Shown here in pieces: positions 9,290-19,784 of a stretch of 64,000 nucleotides of DNA. The stretch is from contig JACAEG010000079.1 of assembly GCA_013388965.1 (NCBI GenBank), positions 1,292-65,291 of the forward strand. The letters are read 5' to 3'. The DNA is from Pseudorhodoplanes sp. (GTDB lineage Bacteria; Pseudomonadota; Alphaproteobacteria; Rhizobiales; Xanthobacteraceae). The position numbers and the translations under genes are program-made. The notes below the pieces were generated by a model. The model did no database searches and had not been told where the DNA came from. It saw nothing but the letters and a program-made list of their open reading frames with translations. The stretch's first letter is position 1, and each line of letters opens with the position of its first letter.

Positions 9290-10360
9290 TCATGTCGTCC
9301 TGCGGAACAGCCCACGAGAACCGAATAACGGCGCATCGTGCTGTGCAAGTTGCGGATCCAGATGGAGATCCTCGATCAGATCCACTTCCTCCTTCGCCCC
9401 AAAGACAAACGGAATCCGCTGATGGATATCGGCGGGGGTAATTCGCAGAATGTCCTCGCGCCCGCTGCTCGCGCGGCCCCCGGCCTGCTCGATCAGGAAG
9501 GCGATGGGATTGGCCTCGAAAAGCAGCCGCAGACGGCCCGCAGCGCGCGCGGCATCCTTCCTGTCGCCCGGATAGAGAAAGACGCCGCCGCGCATGAGAA
9601 TCCGGTGCGCCTCCGCAACCAGCGACGCAATCCAGCGCATGTTGAAATCCTTGCCGCGCGGACCCGATTTCCCGGCAAGACAATCATCCACATAGCGCCT
9701 GACCGGGAGTTCCCAGAATCGGCTGTTCGACACGTTGATGGCGAATTCGCACGCGCTTGATTCGATGCGCAGGCCGCGGTGGGTCAGAACGAACGTGCCA
9801 CGCGCCGGATCGAGCGTAAAGGCATCCACGCCCGAACCGAGCGACAGGACCAGCATCGTGGAGGGTCCGTAGATCGCGTAACCCGCACAAAGCTGCCGCT
9901 CGCCCGGCTGGAGAAAATCGTCGGGAACGGCGCCCCGGTGCTGCGACGATGCGGGCAGAATGGAGAAGATGCTGCCGATCGCGACATTGACGTCGATGTT
10001 GGACGATCCGTCGAGCGGATCGAAGACGAGCAGATAGCGCGCGTCCGCTCGCGGGTGCGCTGCAGCGACGGGCGCGTCCATTTCCTCCGAAACCATGCCC
10101 GCCAGATGGCCGCTCAGTGCGGCGTAATGCAGTAGGATATCGTTCGCGAGCTGGTCCAGCTTCTTCTGGATTTCGCCCTGCTTGTTGCGCTGCCCGGTTG
10201 CGCCGAGCACGCCCCCCAGCGCGCCCTGCGCGATGCGCCCGGCAATCGCGGCGCATGCCCTCGCAATGTCCATGATGACGGCATTCAACTCTTCGCCGGA
10301 GGGCGGATGCCGAGGCGCATCTTGCAGAAACTGGCCGAGCGTCGTGTGGTCGGTTGACAT
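9290..10360 (-). CDS. cbbF: Class 1 fructose-1,6-/sedoheptulose-1,7-bisphosphatase
   Basis: SEEM, FDPLDGSSNIDVN, GYAIYGP and GRLRLLFEANPIAF motifs. Confidence 0.93.
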   Translation of the reverse strand: MSTDHTTLGQFLQDAPRHPPSGEELNAVIMDIARACAAIAGRIAQGALGGVLGATGQRNKQGEIQKKLDQLANDILLHYAALSGHLAGMVSEEMDAPVAAAHPRADARYLLVFDPLDGSSNIDVNVAIGSIFSILPASSQHRGAVPDDFLQPGERQLCAGYAIYGPSTMLVLSLGSGVDAFTLDPARGTFVLTHRGLRIESSACEFAINVSNSRFWELPVRRYVDDCLAGKSGPRGKDFNMRWIASLVAEAHRILMRGGVFLYPGDRKDAARAAGRLRLLFEANPIAFLIEQAGGRASSGREDILRITPADIHQRIPFVFGAKEEVDLIEDLHLDPQLAQHDAPLFGSRGLFRRTT

Positions 10361-10407
10361 AAGCCTCGATCCGCCTGCCAGCCGGTATCGGATGCCAGGT
10401 GGAGAAT

Positions 10408-10450
10408 AGTCTATTTTATCTTACATATTTTATGTAATTAAAAATTGACA
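10408..10450. promoter_or_regulatory. Tandem PpsR/CrtJ-type operator upstream of cbbF
   Basis: TGTAATTAAAAATTGACA (10433-10450) is a perfect TGT-N12-ACA. AGTCTATTTTATCTTACA (10408-10425) has one mismatch, with a 7-bp spacer, in an AT-rich intergenic stretch. Confidence 0.8.
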
Positions 10451-10510
10451 CATCGGCACGACGGATTTCGGTCGGATCTGCCCTGTCAATTCAATACGTT
10501 AGTTTCTTTT

Positions 10511-11311
10511 TCACTGGATTGCCGCTCGCTGTCGCCCGTCCGCAGCCACCGATCGCTGCAGAATTTCCGCGATTTGCGCCAGGCCGAGGAACGGGGCGCC
10601 GCCGATCGCGACGCGCTCGTCCGGCGGCAGCGGACTGTCGGGATCGCCGAGCGACGACAGGCGCAGGTCGGCCTGCGAAAGGTCCTGCTCCTGCGTCCAG
10701 CGGCTGGCCACGGCGATGGTCACGAGGCCCGCCGCCTTGGCCGCTGCCACGCCATTCGTCGAATCCTCGAGGGCCACCGCATCCGAGGCGCAGACGCCAA
10801 GCATCGACAGAAGCAGGCGATAGATGTCCGGTGCAGGCTTCTTCTTCGACACGAGATCGGCGCAAACAATGACATCGATCATCGACTTGGCGGCAGGCCC
10901 GAATGCAGCCATCACGAGCGGCTGGATGTTGTCGGATGCGGAGGTGGCGGCGAGCCCGATCCTGATGCCGGCGGCGCGCGCATCCTTAATCAGCCTGCCG
11001 ACCCCGGGTTGCAGGCGGACCATGTGTCCGCCGAGCAGATCGCCATAAATGCGGGTCTTCTCCCCGTGAATGGTGGGCACGATGCGGCGCAGGCGCGACT
11101 TGAGCAGCGGCGAGACCGACAGGCTCTCAACATAGTGGCCGATACGCTCGGCGCCGCCGGAAATCTTCAGCAGCCCGGCATAGATGTCGGGCGTCCAGTC
11201 CCAGCCAAGCTCGAACTCCAGAAACGCCTGATTGAAGGCGCGGCGGTGCAGCTCCTCGGTGTCAACAAGCGTGCCGTCGACATCGAACAGGATGGCGTGC
11301 AAAGGCATCAT
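10511..11311 (-). CDS. CbbY-like HAD phosphatase, second copy
   Basis: LFDVDGTLVDTEELHRRAFN, GGAERI, KKPAPDIY and LEDSTNG motifs. The start overlaps the upstream cbbY stop (ATGA). Confidence 0.85.
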   Translation of the reverse strand: MMPLHAILFDVDGTLVDTEELHRRAFNQAFLEFELGWDWTPDIYAGLLKISGGAERIGHYVESLSVSPLLKSRLRRIVPTIHGEKTRIYGDLLGGHMVRLQPGVGRLIKDARAAGIRIGLAATSASDNIQPLVMAAFGPAAKSMIDVIVCADLVSKKKPAPDIYRLLLSMLGVCASDAVALEDSTNGVAAAKAAGLVTIAVASRWTQEQDLSQADLRLSSLGDPDSPLPPDERVAIGGAPFLGLAQIAEILQRSVAADGRQRAAIQ

Positions 11312-12030
11312 GCGGCCTCCGAGTTTTGTGCCAGCCAGCGGGCATGGCGGTCTGCAATGGCGTCCAGGCCTCCGAGGTCTTCGAACTCCGCCACAACGAG
11401 CGCGGCCCCGGAAAGATCGTCCTCCGCGGTCCACAGCGTCGGCGAGGCAATCGTGAAGATGCCGGCGGCGCGTGCGGCCGCGACGCCGACGGCAGAATCC
11501 TCGAAGGCGACGCATTGCGCGGCGGTCAGTCCCATTTCGCCCAGCGCCAGCAGATAGACGTCCGGTGCCGGCTTCTTGCGCGACACGAGGTCGCCGCAGG
11601 CGATGGCATCGAACCCGCGTAGGACAGCGCGCCCCAGCAATGCCTCGATATTCGCCCGCGTCGTCGTTGAGGCGATCCCCAGCTTCAGTCCCGCCTCGCG
11701 CGCTTCCGAAAGGATTCGAGGCACGCCGGCTCGGAGCGTCTTTTCTCGCCGTGCGAGGCTGGCGCAGAAATGGCGCGTCTTGCTGGCATGCAGCGCGGCG
11801 ACGTCATCGAGACGCGCGGCACGCGCCGCAGGATCCAGCGCGAGCTGATCAATGTAGAAGGCTAGGCGCTCCTTTCCGCCCGCCACTTTCAGAAGCTGGG
11901 CGTAGAGCCGCCTGCTCCATCGCCAGCTCAGGCCGGATTCGGCAAAGGCCGCATTGAAAGCCCGCCGATGGATCTCCTCCGTATCGGCAAGCGTGCCGTC
12001 CACATCGAAGATCAGGCCTCTCAGGGTCAT
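11308..12030 (-). CDS. cbbY: CbbY HAD-family phosphatase (XuBP phosphatase family)
   Basis: [34 protein letters not shown] and FEDSAVG motifs. ATGA overlap with cbbX. Confidence 0.85.
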   Translation of the reverse strand: MTLRGLIFDVDGTLADTEEIHRRAFNAAFAESGLSWRWSRRLYAQLLKVAGGKERLAFYIDQLALDPAARAARLDDVAALHASKTRHFCASLARREKTLRAGVPRILSEAREAGLKLGIASTTTRANIEALLGRAVLRGFDAIACGDLVSRKKPAPDVYLLALGEMGLTAAQCVAFEDSAVGVAAARAAGIFTIASPTLWTAEDDLSGAALVVAEFEDLGGLDAIADRHARWLAQNSEAA

Positions 12031-12926
12031 GAGGCTTCTCCGGCCGCCTGAAAAACCCTGCTTGCCCGAATATCCTCCGCCTCGATCGTACAAAGCGCAG
12101 CTCGCGTCAGAACCGTGTCCGAGCGCTCGACGAGCCGCGCGGCCTGCCGCAGCCGCGCGCGGTCGAGCGCATTGCGGATCGATCTTGCGTTTGCAAAATG
12201 CGGCTGTCGTCGCCGCAGCGCGATGTAGTCGCGAAATGCAGCAGCCGCGGCCTCGCTCAGATCATACTGCATCCTCGCGAGCATCAGCTCCGCAATCGCA
12301 AACAATTCGTCGACGTCGTAGTCGGGAAAATCGATGTGGTGGGCGACCCGAGACGCCATCCCCGGATTTGAACCGAAGAACGAGTCCATGCGATCCTTGT
12401 AGCCGGCGAAGATGACAACGAGATCGTCGCGCTGGTTCTCCATGACCTGCAACAGAATCTCGATCGCCTCCTGGCCGTAATCGCGCTCATTCCCCGGGCG
12501 ATAGAGATAATAGGCCTCGTCAATGAACAACACGCCGCCCATCGCGCGCTTGAGAACCTCCTTCGTCTTCGGCGCCGTGTGGCCGATATACTGGCCGACG
12601 AGGTCATCGCGTGTGACCGAGACCAGCTGCCCCCTTCTCACATATCCGAGCCCGTGCAGGATCGCCGCCATGCGCAGGGCGACCGTCGTCTTTCCAGTTC
12701 CCGGATTGCCCGTGAAGCTCATATGCAGCGCGGGGGGATCGGCGTTTAGGCCGGCGGAACGCCGAAGCTTCTCGATCAGCAGAAGCGAAGCGATTTCTCG
12801 CACGCGTCGCTTCACCGGCGCGAGACCGATCAGATCGCGTTCGAGCGCGTCGAGAACCTCCCCGATTTTGGCGTCGCGATAGACCGCCTTGAGATTCAGG
12901 GTGGGCAGCTCATGGGTCGCAAGCAT
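12027..12926 (-). CDS. cbbX: Red-type RuBisCO activase (AAA+)
   Basis: [29 protein letters not shown] and LFIDEAYYL motifs; follows cbbS. Confidence 0.96.
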   Translation of the reverse strand: MLATHELPTLNLKAVYRDAKIGEVLDALERDLIGLAPVKRRVREIASLLLIEKLRRSAGLNADPPALHMSFTGNPGTGKTTVALRMAAILHGLGYVRRGQLVSVTRDDLVGQYIGHTAPKTKEVLKRAMGGVLFIDEAYYLYRPGNERDYGQEAIEILLQVMENQRDDLVVIFAGYKDRMDSFFGSNPGMASRVAHHIDFPDYDVDELFAIAELMLARMQYDLSEAAAAAFRDYIALRRRQPHFANARSIRNALDRARLRQAARLVERSDTVLTRAALCTIEAEDIRASRVFQAAGEAS

Positions 12927-12941
12927 GTGCCGACGCCGCTT

Positions 12942-13367
12942 TCAGGTGGCTGAATAGCGTTCGCCGGCGGGCTTGTTGGCGGCGTAGGAGCGTGTGGTGT
13001 AGCGAATGTTCCGACCCCGGGATTCCTCGCGCACCAATCCGAAACCCGGCTCAACGGCCGGACGATTGACGATAAAGGACAGCCGCAGAGCCTCCCATCC
13101 GTGCGATGAATCGAAGGCATTCATCTTGATGTAGAGCTGCGGATGCGCCTCGCGGCAACGCCTGATTTCGTCCATGACAACGGCCGGATCGGCGAGATCG
13201 AACATCGGCATGCCCCACATGTCCCAATAGGTATTGCGCGGATGCGGGTCGTCGGTGAACTCGATCGAGACGGCCCAGCCCTTTCCGAGGCAGTATTCCA
13301 CCTGCACCGCAATCTGTGCGTCGGTGAGGTCGGGCAGAAAGGAGAACGTTCCCTGCGTAAGCCGCAT
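12942..13367 (-). CDS. cbbS: RuBisCO small subunit (red-like)
   Basis: [24 protein letters not shown] and the red-type C-terminal extension [12 protein letters not shown]. Confidence 0.96.
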   Translation of the reverse strand: MRLTQGTFSFLPDLTDAQIAVQVEYCLGKGWAVSIEFTDDPHPRNTYWDMWGMPMFDLADPAVVMDEIRRCREAHPQLYIKMNAFDSSHGWEALRLSFIVNRPAVEPGFGLVREESRGRNIRYTTRSYAANKPAGERYSAT

Positions 13368-13377
13368 GCTCTCCTCT

Positions 13378-14921
<1,544 letters not shown>

Positions 14922-14924
14922 CAA

Positions 14925-15848
14925 ATGCTCCAGCGCGCCTCGATTCGCCAATTTCGCATTTTTGAAGCGGCCTCACGGCTTCTCCATTTCGGACGCGCCG
15001 CAGCCGAGCTTCATCTCACCCAGCCCGCCGTCTCAATCCAGTTGCGGCATCTGGAAGAGGCGGTGGGACTGCCGCTGTTCGAGCAGATCGGACGGCGCAT
15101 GCACCTCACCGCAGCCGGCAGGGAGCTTCTGGTTCATGCGCGTGTGCTGCTCGAGCGCCTGCGCGAAGCGGACGAGGCCCTGCAGACACTCAAGGGCGAA
15201 GGCGGCGGCGAGCTGCACATCGCCGCAACGACGACCGCAGAATACTTCACTCCGCGCCTGCTGGCCGACTTCCGGGCAGCCACTCCGCGCGTGAAGCTGC
15301 GCCTGAGCGTCCATAACCGCGAAACGATCGTTCGCGCACTGGCCGACAACACGATCGACATTTCCATCATGGGACGCGCGCCGCGCGGGATCGATGTCGA
15401 GGCCAGGGCATTTTCGCGTCACCCGCTTGCGCTTGTCGCATCACCGGCGCATCCCCTTGCGAAGCGCCGTCGGCTCCGCCTTGCGCAACTCGCCGGAGAG
15501 ACATTGCTTGTTCGCGAAGCCGGTTCGGGGACGCGCACAGCCATGCAACGCGCCTTCTCCGAACAGCGCTTCCAGCCCGGCGAAACAATGGAAATCGGTT
15601 CCAACGAAGCCATCAAGCAGGCGGTGATGGCCGGCATGGGGATCGGGTTCATCTCGCTGCACACCGTCGGCACCGAACTGGCAGACGGCCGGCTCGTCAC
15701 ATTGCCGGTCGCGGGAATGCCGGTGATGCGGGACTGGTTTGCGGTTCATCGCAAGGGCAAGCGCCTGCCCGCCGCGGCCACGGCGTTCAAGACCTTTCTC
15801 GCCGAACGTGGCGCCGACCTGGTCGCGAAAGCGCCCCGGCAGGCCTAG
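14925..15848 (+). CDS. cbbR: LysR-type regulator CbbR
   Basis: HTH segment FGRAAAELHLTQPAVSIQLRHLEE, REAGSGTR and SNEAIKQAVMAGMGI; divergent from cbbL. Confidence 0.92.
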   Translation: MLQRASIRQFRIFEAASRLLHFGRAAAELHLTQPAVSIQLRHLEEAVGLPLFEQIGRRMHLTAAGRELLVHARVLLERLREADEALQTLKGEGGGELHIAATTTAEYFTPRLLADFRAATPRVKLRLSVHNRETIVRALADNTIDISIMGRAPRGIDVEARAFSRHPLALVASPAHPLAKRRRLRLAQLAGETLLVREAGSGTRTAMQRAFSEQRFQPGETMEIGSNEAIKQAVMAGMGIGFISLHTVGTELADGRLVTLPVAGMPVMRDWFAVHRKGKRLPAAATAFKTFLAERGADLVAKAPRQA

Positions 15849-16825
15849 CCGCCATCGGCAAGAAAGCTGTCGTAGCGGCGAACGACGTCGGCCAGAACCT
15901 CGAAATGCGGCAGCGCGCCTGTCTGGAAGACATCGATCGTCCAGTTCGGCCGATTGGCCAGGACCTTGAGATAGGAATAGTCGGTGAAGCCTCCGCGAAC
16001 GCCGTGGGCCACCCAGACCGGCATGCGCAGCGCCTCGTAGACCGTCGTGATATCCAGACTGAAGAGATAACCCGAGACAAAGCGATAGGGCGCGTAGCGC
16101 GCGCCGGGCTGATGCGACGTGAGATAGGCATAGTCGGCGAGACCCTCGTCGATCTGCTTCGATCCGAAGGTCTTGCGGAGAAAATACCGGATGCTTGCGC
16201 GGCTTGTGAGCGCCCGAAAGAAACCGCCACTCCAGAGCGGGAACCGGAAGACCTTGTAGAGCAGCGGCATTCCCCGATTCGTCCCTTCAGCCCCGCGATA
16301 AGGCGCACGCTTGTCCAGTCCCGTCGGGCTGATCAAGGCGATCGAGCGATATGCGGCAGGCCGCTCGCTCGCGGCGCGTGCCAGAAACTCCGACGCGAGC
16401 GAGAGCGCCAGGGCGTCGAAAGGACGACCGGAATGACGGCGCGCGATTTCCCCGGTTGCGGCAAGAACGGCATCGGTCATGAGACGTGGCGAATAGGGCC
16501 GATCGGAGCGTTCCGAGAAGCCGAATCCCGGCAGCTCGAGCGCATAGACCGCGCGGCTGCGCCGGTAATGCTCGTAGAGAGGCGCAACCTCGTAGGCCGA
16601 CCCTGCGGCATTGACGCTGTGCACCAGCAGCATGGGCGCACGGTCGGGGCCGCCGGAATCGCGTTCGGGGCCCGCCGCATACAGATTGAGCTGCCCCGCG
16701 GATCTGCTGGAGAGCGAGATCCTTTCACCCGACACGGCGGCCTTCATTGGGAGCATTGGGGTTTCCGGTATGTCATCGCAAGCCTGATGCCGAACTGCGT
16801 GGGGGTGCGATCCAGCGTCAACCAT
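15845..16825 (-). CDS. Alpha/beta-fold hydrolase, function unknown
   Basis: LLVHSVNAAGSAYE, ELPGFGFS, ALSLASEF and TGALPHFE. The ATG at 16825 overlaps the bchD stop (TGATG); 16756 is an alternative start. Confidence 0.75.
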   Translation of the reverse strand: MVDAGSHPHAVRHQACDDIPETPMLPMKAAVSGERISLSSRSAGQLNLYAAGPERDSGGPDRAPMLLVHSVNAAGSAYEVAPLYEHYRRSRAVYALELPGFGFSERSDRPYSPRLMTDAVLAATGEIARRHSGRPFDALALSLASEFLARAASERPAAYRSIALISPTGLDKRAPYRGAEGTNRGMPLLYKVFRFPLWSGGFFRALTSRASIRYFLRKTFGSKQIDEGLADYAYLTSHQPGARYAPYRFVSGYLFSLDITTVYEALRMPVWVAHGVRGGFTDYSYLKVLANRPNWTIDVFQTGALPHFEVLADVVRRYDSFLADGG

Positions 16826-18582
16826 CAAACCGCGATGAGGTTTCGTGCGGCAGCCGAAAGAGCCGCGGCATCGGCTCTCGGCATGGGCAGATAGCGCGCG
16901 CCCAGCGCCCGCGCCAGGGCTTCGGGCCGTGCATCCGGTTGCGGCGAGGTGTCGATCAGGATCGATGCAACCTCCGCGGCCCGCAAGGCCTTGGCCGCGG
17001 CGAGCGCGTCGGTCTCTCCGCAATGGCGTCCGGTCTCCCCGTTGCGCGCGACATTGGCGCGTCCGTCGGTGAGAAAGACAAGCGAGGGGGTCAGGCCCTT
17101 GCGCCGAAGCGCGAGCGCGAGCAGGCGCGCAGCATCGCACGCGGCAGCGAGCGGTGTTCCGCCGCCGCCCGGGAGCGCCGCCAGCGCTGGCTTCGCCCGC
17201 GCGAGCGAGCGCGTCGGCGGCAGGAGAATGTCCGCAGCAGCGCCGCGAAAGGCGAGCAGCGCCACCTGGTCGCGCCGCACGTAGCAGTCGGCGAGCAGAA
17301 GTTCGACGGCGCCCTTGGCCTCGGCGAGCCGATGCAAGGCCGCCGAACCTGATGCGTCGACCACAAAGATCGTTGCGGTTTCGCTGCGATGCTTGAAGCG
17401 CGTCACGCGAAAATCCTCGCGCCGGATGGCGACCAGCGACTTGCGTTTGGGGAAATCGGCGCCTTGCCGCAGTCTCTGCCAGGGTGCGGCAGCGCGCAGC
17501 GTTTCGATCACATTGAGACGCATGCCGGAAGCGGGATCGCCGCGGCGGGTGCCGGCGGGCCGGCCACGCCGTTTCGACGCCTGAAAGGCTCCCGCCCGAC
17601 CCGCATTGCCCCGGCCCGCAATCGGTTTCGGGGCGGCCAGCGATTTCAGCAGATGGGCCGGAATGGCCGCGCGTGCCGATTCGAGAACCACATCATCGAT
17701 CGAGGCGGAATCCGTGCGCCCGGAGTCGCTGTCCTCTCCGTCTGCGCGGTCTGCGGGCTGTTCGCTGCCTTGATCCGCCTCCTGCGTCGCCTCGGGCTCG
17801 GCTGAAGGCAGGCGCGTCGCTCGCGGCGCGAGAACGAGACGGGCTGCGACAATCGCATCTGGTTCGCCGACATCCGTCCGGCCGCAAAGCGCGGCATGAA
17901 CGCGCGCGACGCGAGCCGCGAGCAGCCATGCGCGCGGAGAGTTCACACCAAGCAGGGCCGCCGTCGCGGCGAGCGCCTGCCGCACGGACTCCGCTGCAGG
18001 CGACGAGGGACCGTCGCGCCGGACACGCGCGATCGCTTCGGCCGTGAACGGCAGGTCCGGAATTGCGCGGAGACCGTCCAGAAACACGTGCAGCGCAAGC
18101 CGGTCGGCGATCGCAAGCGGAGGCCGCTCGTCGTCGTCGATCCCCTCATCGAACGCGATGACGCCGAGGCGCACCGGAGACGACGCCGCAAAGCCATCGC
18201 GCTCCAGACTGACCGTTCCGGTATCGAGCACCGAAGCCAGACGTGCGGCGAGCGAGGGCGACATTCGTTCGGCCATCGGCAGCACGATCACGCCGCGACC
18301 GACCTCCGCCAGCAATCCCTTGTCGAGCACCGGACGGCCCGATCGCAGCGTCGCCGCGAGATCGAGGCCTCCGAGCAGCCTGGCGTCGGCAATGTCGAGC
18401 GGTGTCCGGCGAAACGGGAATGCGTCCGGCAGCGCTTGCCTGATCAATGCCAGCAGGCGATCGCGCACCGGGCTTGCCGCCGCACGGACCGCGATTCCGC
18501 CCATGCCGCATGGATCGGCGGCAAACAGGCACGCCGCAAGAGCCACATCGTCCGCGGCGCAATGTCCGCCATCGATCATCAT
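16825..18582 (-). CDS. bchD: Magnesium chelatase subunit D
   Basis: LLGGLDLAATL, an acidic linker, TLRAAAPWQRLR and the vWA MIDAS motif VVDASGS. Confidence 0.95.
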   Translation of the reverse strand: MMIDGGHCAADDVALAACLFAADPCGMGGIAVRAAASPVRDRLLALIRQALPDAFPFRRTPLDIADARLLGGLDLAATLRSGRPVLDKGLLAEVGRGVIVLPMAERMSPSLAARLASVLDTGTVSLERDGFAASSPVRLGVIAFDEGIDDDERPPLAIADRLALHVFLDGLRAIPDLPFTAEAIARVRRDGPSSPAAESVRQALAATAALLGVNSPRAWLLAARVARVHAALCGRTDVGEPDAIVAARLVLAPRATRLPSAEPEATQEADQGSEQPADRADGEDSDSGRTDSASIDDVVLESARAAIPAHLLKSLAAPKPIAGRGNAGRAGAFQASKRRGRPAGTRRGDPASGMRLNVIETLRAAAPWQRLRQGADFPKRKSLVAIRREDFRVTRFKHRSETATIFVVDASGSAALHRLAEAKGAVELLLADCYVRRDQVALLAFRGAAADILLPPTRSLARAKPALAALPGGGGTPLAAACDAARLLALALRRKGLTPSLVFLTDGRANVARNGETGRHCGETDALAAAKALRAAEVASILIDTSPQPDARPEALARALGARYLPMPRADAAALSAAARNLIAV

Positions 18583-19604
18583 GATCCGAACGATTCGGCC
18601 AGCGCGCGATCGACCCTCGCGGTCGAGCCGGATTCATCGAGAGGATCGCGCCGCAGCCGGTGACGCAAGGCCAGCGGCGCGACGCGCCGCAGATGATGGT
18701 CCGCCACCGCGTCGTCGCGTTCGAGTCCGGCAAGCGCACGCGCAGCGCGGATGAGCGTCAGTTCGCCGCGAAGTCCGTCCGTACCCACGCTCATGCACAG
18801 TCGCGCCGCCTGCCTTCGCGCGTCGTCCGAGACCACAATTGAGGACAGCTTTGCGCGCGCAGCGGCGATCGTCCGCCGTTGCCGGTCGTCCGCCTTTTTC
18901 GCGGCAGCGACAAAGGCTGCGGGATCGCTTTCGAATTCTTCGCGCCGACGCACGATTTCGACCCGCAATTCGAGGCTGTCCGGCGTCCGGACCTCCACCG
19001 AGAGACCAAACCGGTCGAGCAATTGCGGCCGCAGCTCGCCCTCCTCCGGATTGCCCGTACCGACGAGCACGAAGCGCGCCGGGTGGCGGATGCTCAGCCC
19101 CTCGCGTTCGACGACATTTTCGCCGGAGGCTGCAACATCGAGCAGCAGATCGACGATGTGATCCTCCAGCAGGTTCACTTCGTCGATGTAGAGAAAGCCG
19201 CGATGCGCCCGCGCGAGCAGGCCGGGCTCGAACGCTTTTTGGCCATGCGCGAGCGCCCGCTCGAGATCGAGCGCCCCGACAACGCGGTCTTCGGTCGCAC
19301 CCAGCGGCAGATCGACCACCGGCACCGGAACCAGTTTCGATCGCAGGTTTCCTTTCGCGGCGCGCTCGTGACATTCGGAGCAGCGCGACCCGTTCGCGCC
19401 GGGGTCGCAATGATAGCGGCAGCCTTCGACCACCCGCATCTTGGGCAACAAGGCTGCGAGTGCGCGGACTGCCGTGGACTTGCCGGTGCCCCGATCACCG
19501 AAGACAAGCACGCCGCCGATGGAGGGATCGACCGCCGCGATCAGCAGCGCCAGCTTCATCTCCTCCTGGCCGACAAGCGCGGAAAAAGGATAGACGTGGC
19601 GCAT
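18579..19604 (-). CDS. bchI: Magnesium chelatase ATPase subunit I
   Basis: YPFSALVGQEEMK, GDRGTGKS, LYIDEVNLL and GNPEEGELRPQLLDRFG motifs. Confidence 0.97.
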   Translation of the reverse strand: MRHVYPFSALVGQEEMKLALLIAAVDPSIGGVLVFGDRGTGKSTAVRALAALLPKMRVVEGCRYHCDPGANGSRCSECHERAAKGNLRSKLVPVPVVDLPLGATEDRVVGALDLERALAHGQKAFEPGLLARAHRGFLYIDEVNLLEDHIVDLLLDVAASGENVVEREGLSIRHPARFVLVGTGNPEEGELRPQLLDRFGLSVEVRTPDSLELRVEIVRRREEFESDPAAFVAAAKKADDRQRRTIAAARAKLSSIVVSDDARRQAARLCMSVGTDGLRGELTLIRAARALAGLERDDAVADHHLRRVAPLALRHRLRRDPLDESGSTARVDRALAESFGS

Positions 19605-19691
19605 CGGCGAGACCCTCTGTCCGGGGAGCGGCGCAACATTCCCCGCCGGCGCGCTCGCAGCGGTAATCCCCGGCGCAACCCCCTCTGGCGG

Positions 19692-19734
19692 GGCATTGTA
19701 TCATTTACACGGATGATGTCATCCTAGATTGACA
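19692..19734. promoter_or_regulatory. PpsR/CrtJ operator upstream of bchI
   Basis: TGTCATCCTAGATTGACA (19717-19734) is a perfect site. The degenerate partner GGCATTGTATCATTTACA (19692-19709) lies 7 bp away. Confidence 0.8.
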
Positions 19735-19784
19735 CCTGTTGCGCTGCGACGAATCCGCAGGCGCCGCCGCAGAGTCCGGGATAC

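Noticed and set aside
8400-9683. Apparent long N-terminal extensions of PRK (and similarly of hprA, glyA, PaaI and fliH in the ORF track)
   Set aside because: Artefacts of the first-start ORF caller; family N-termini and RBS positions indicate downstream starts.
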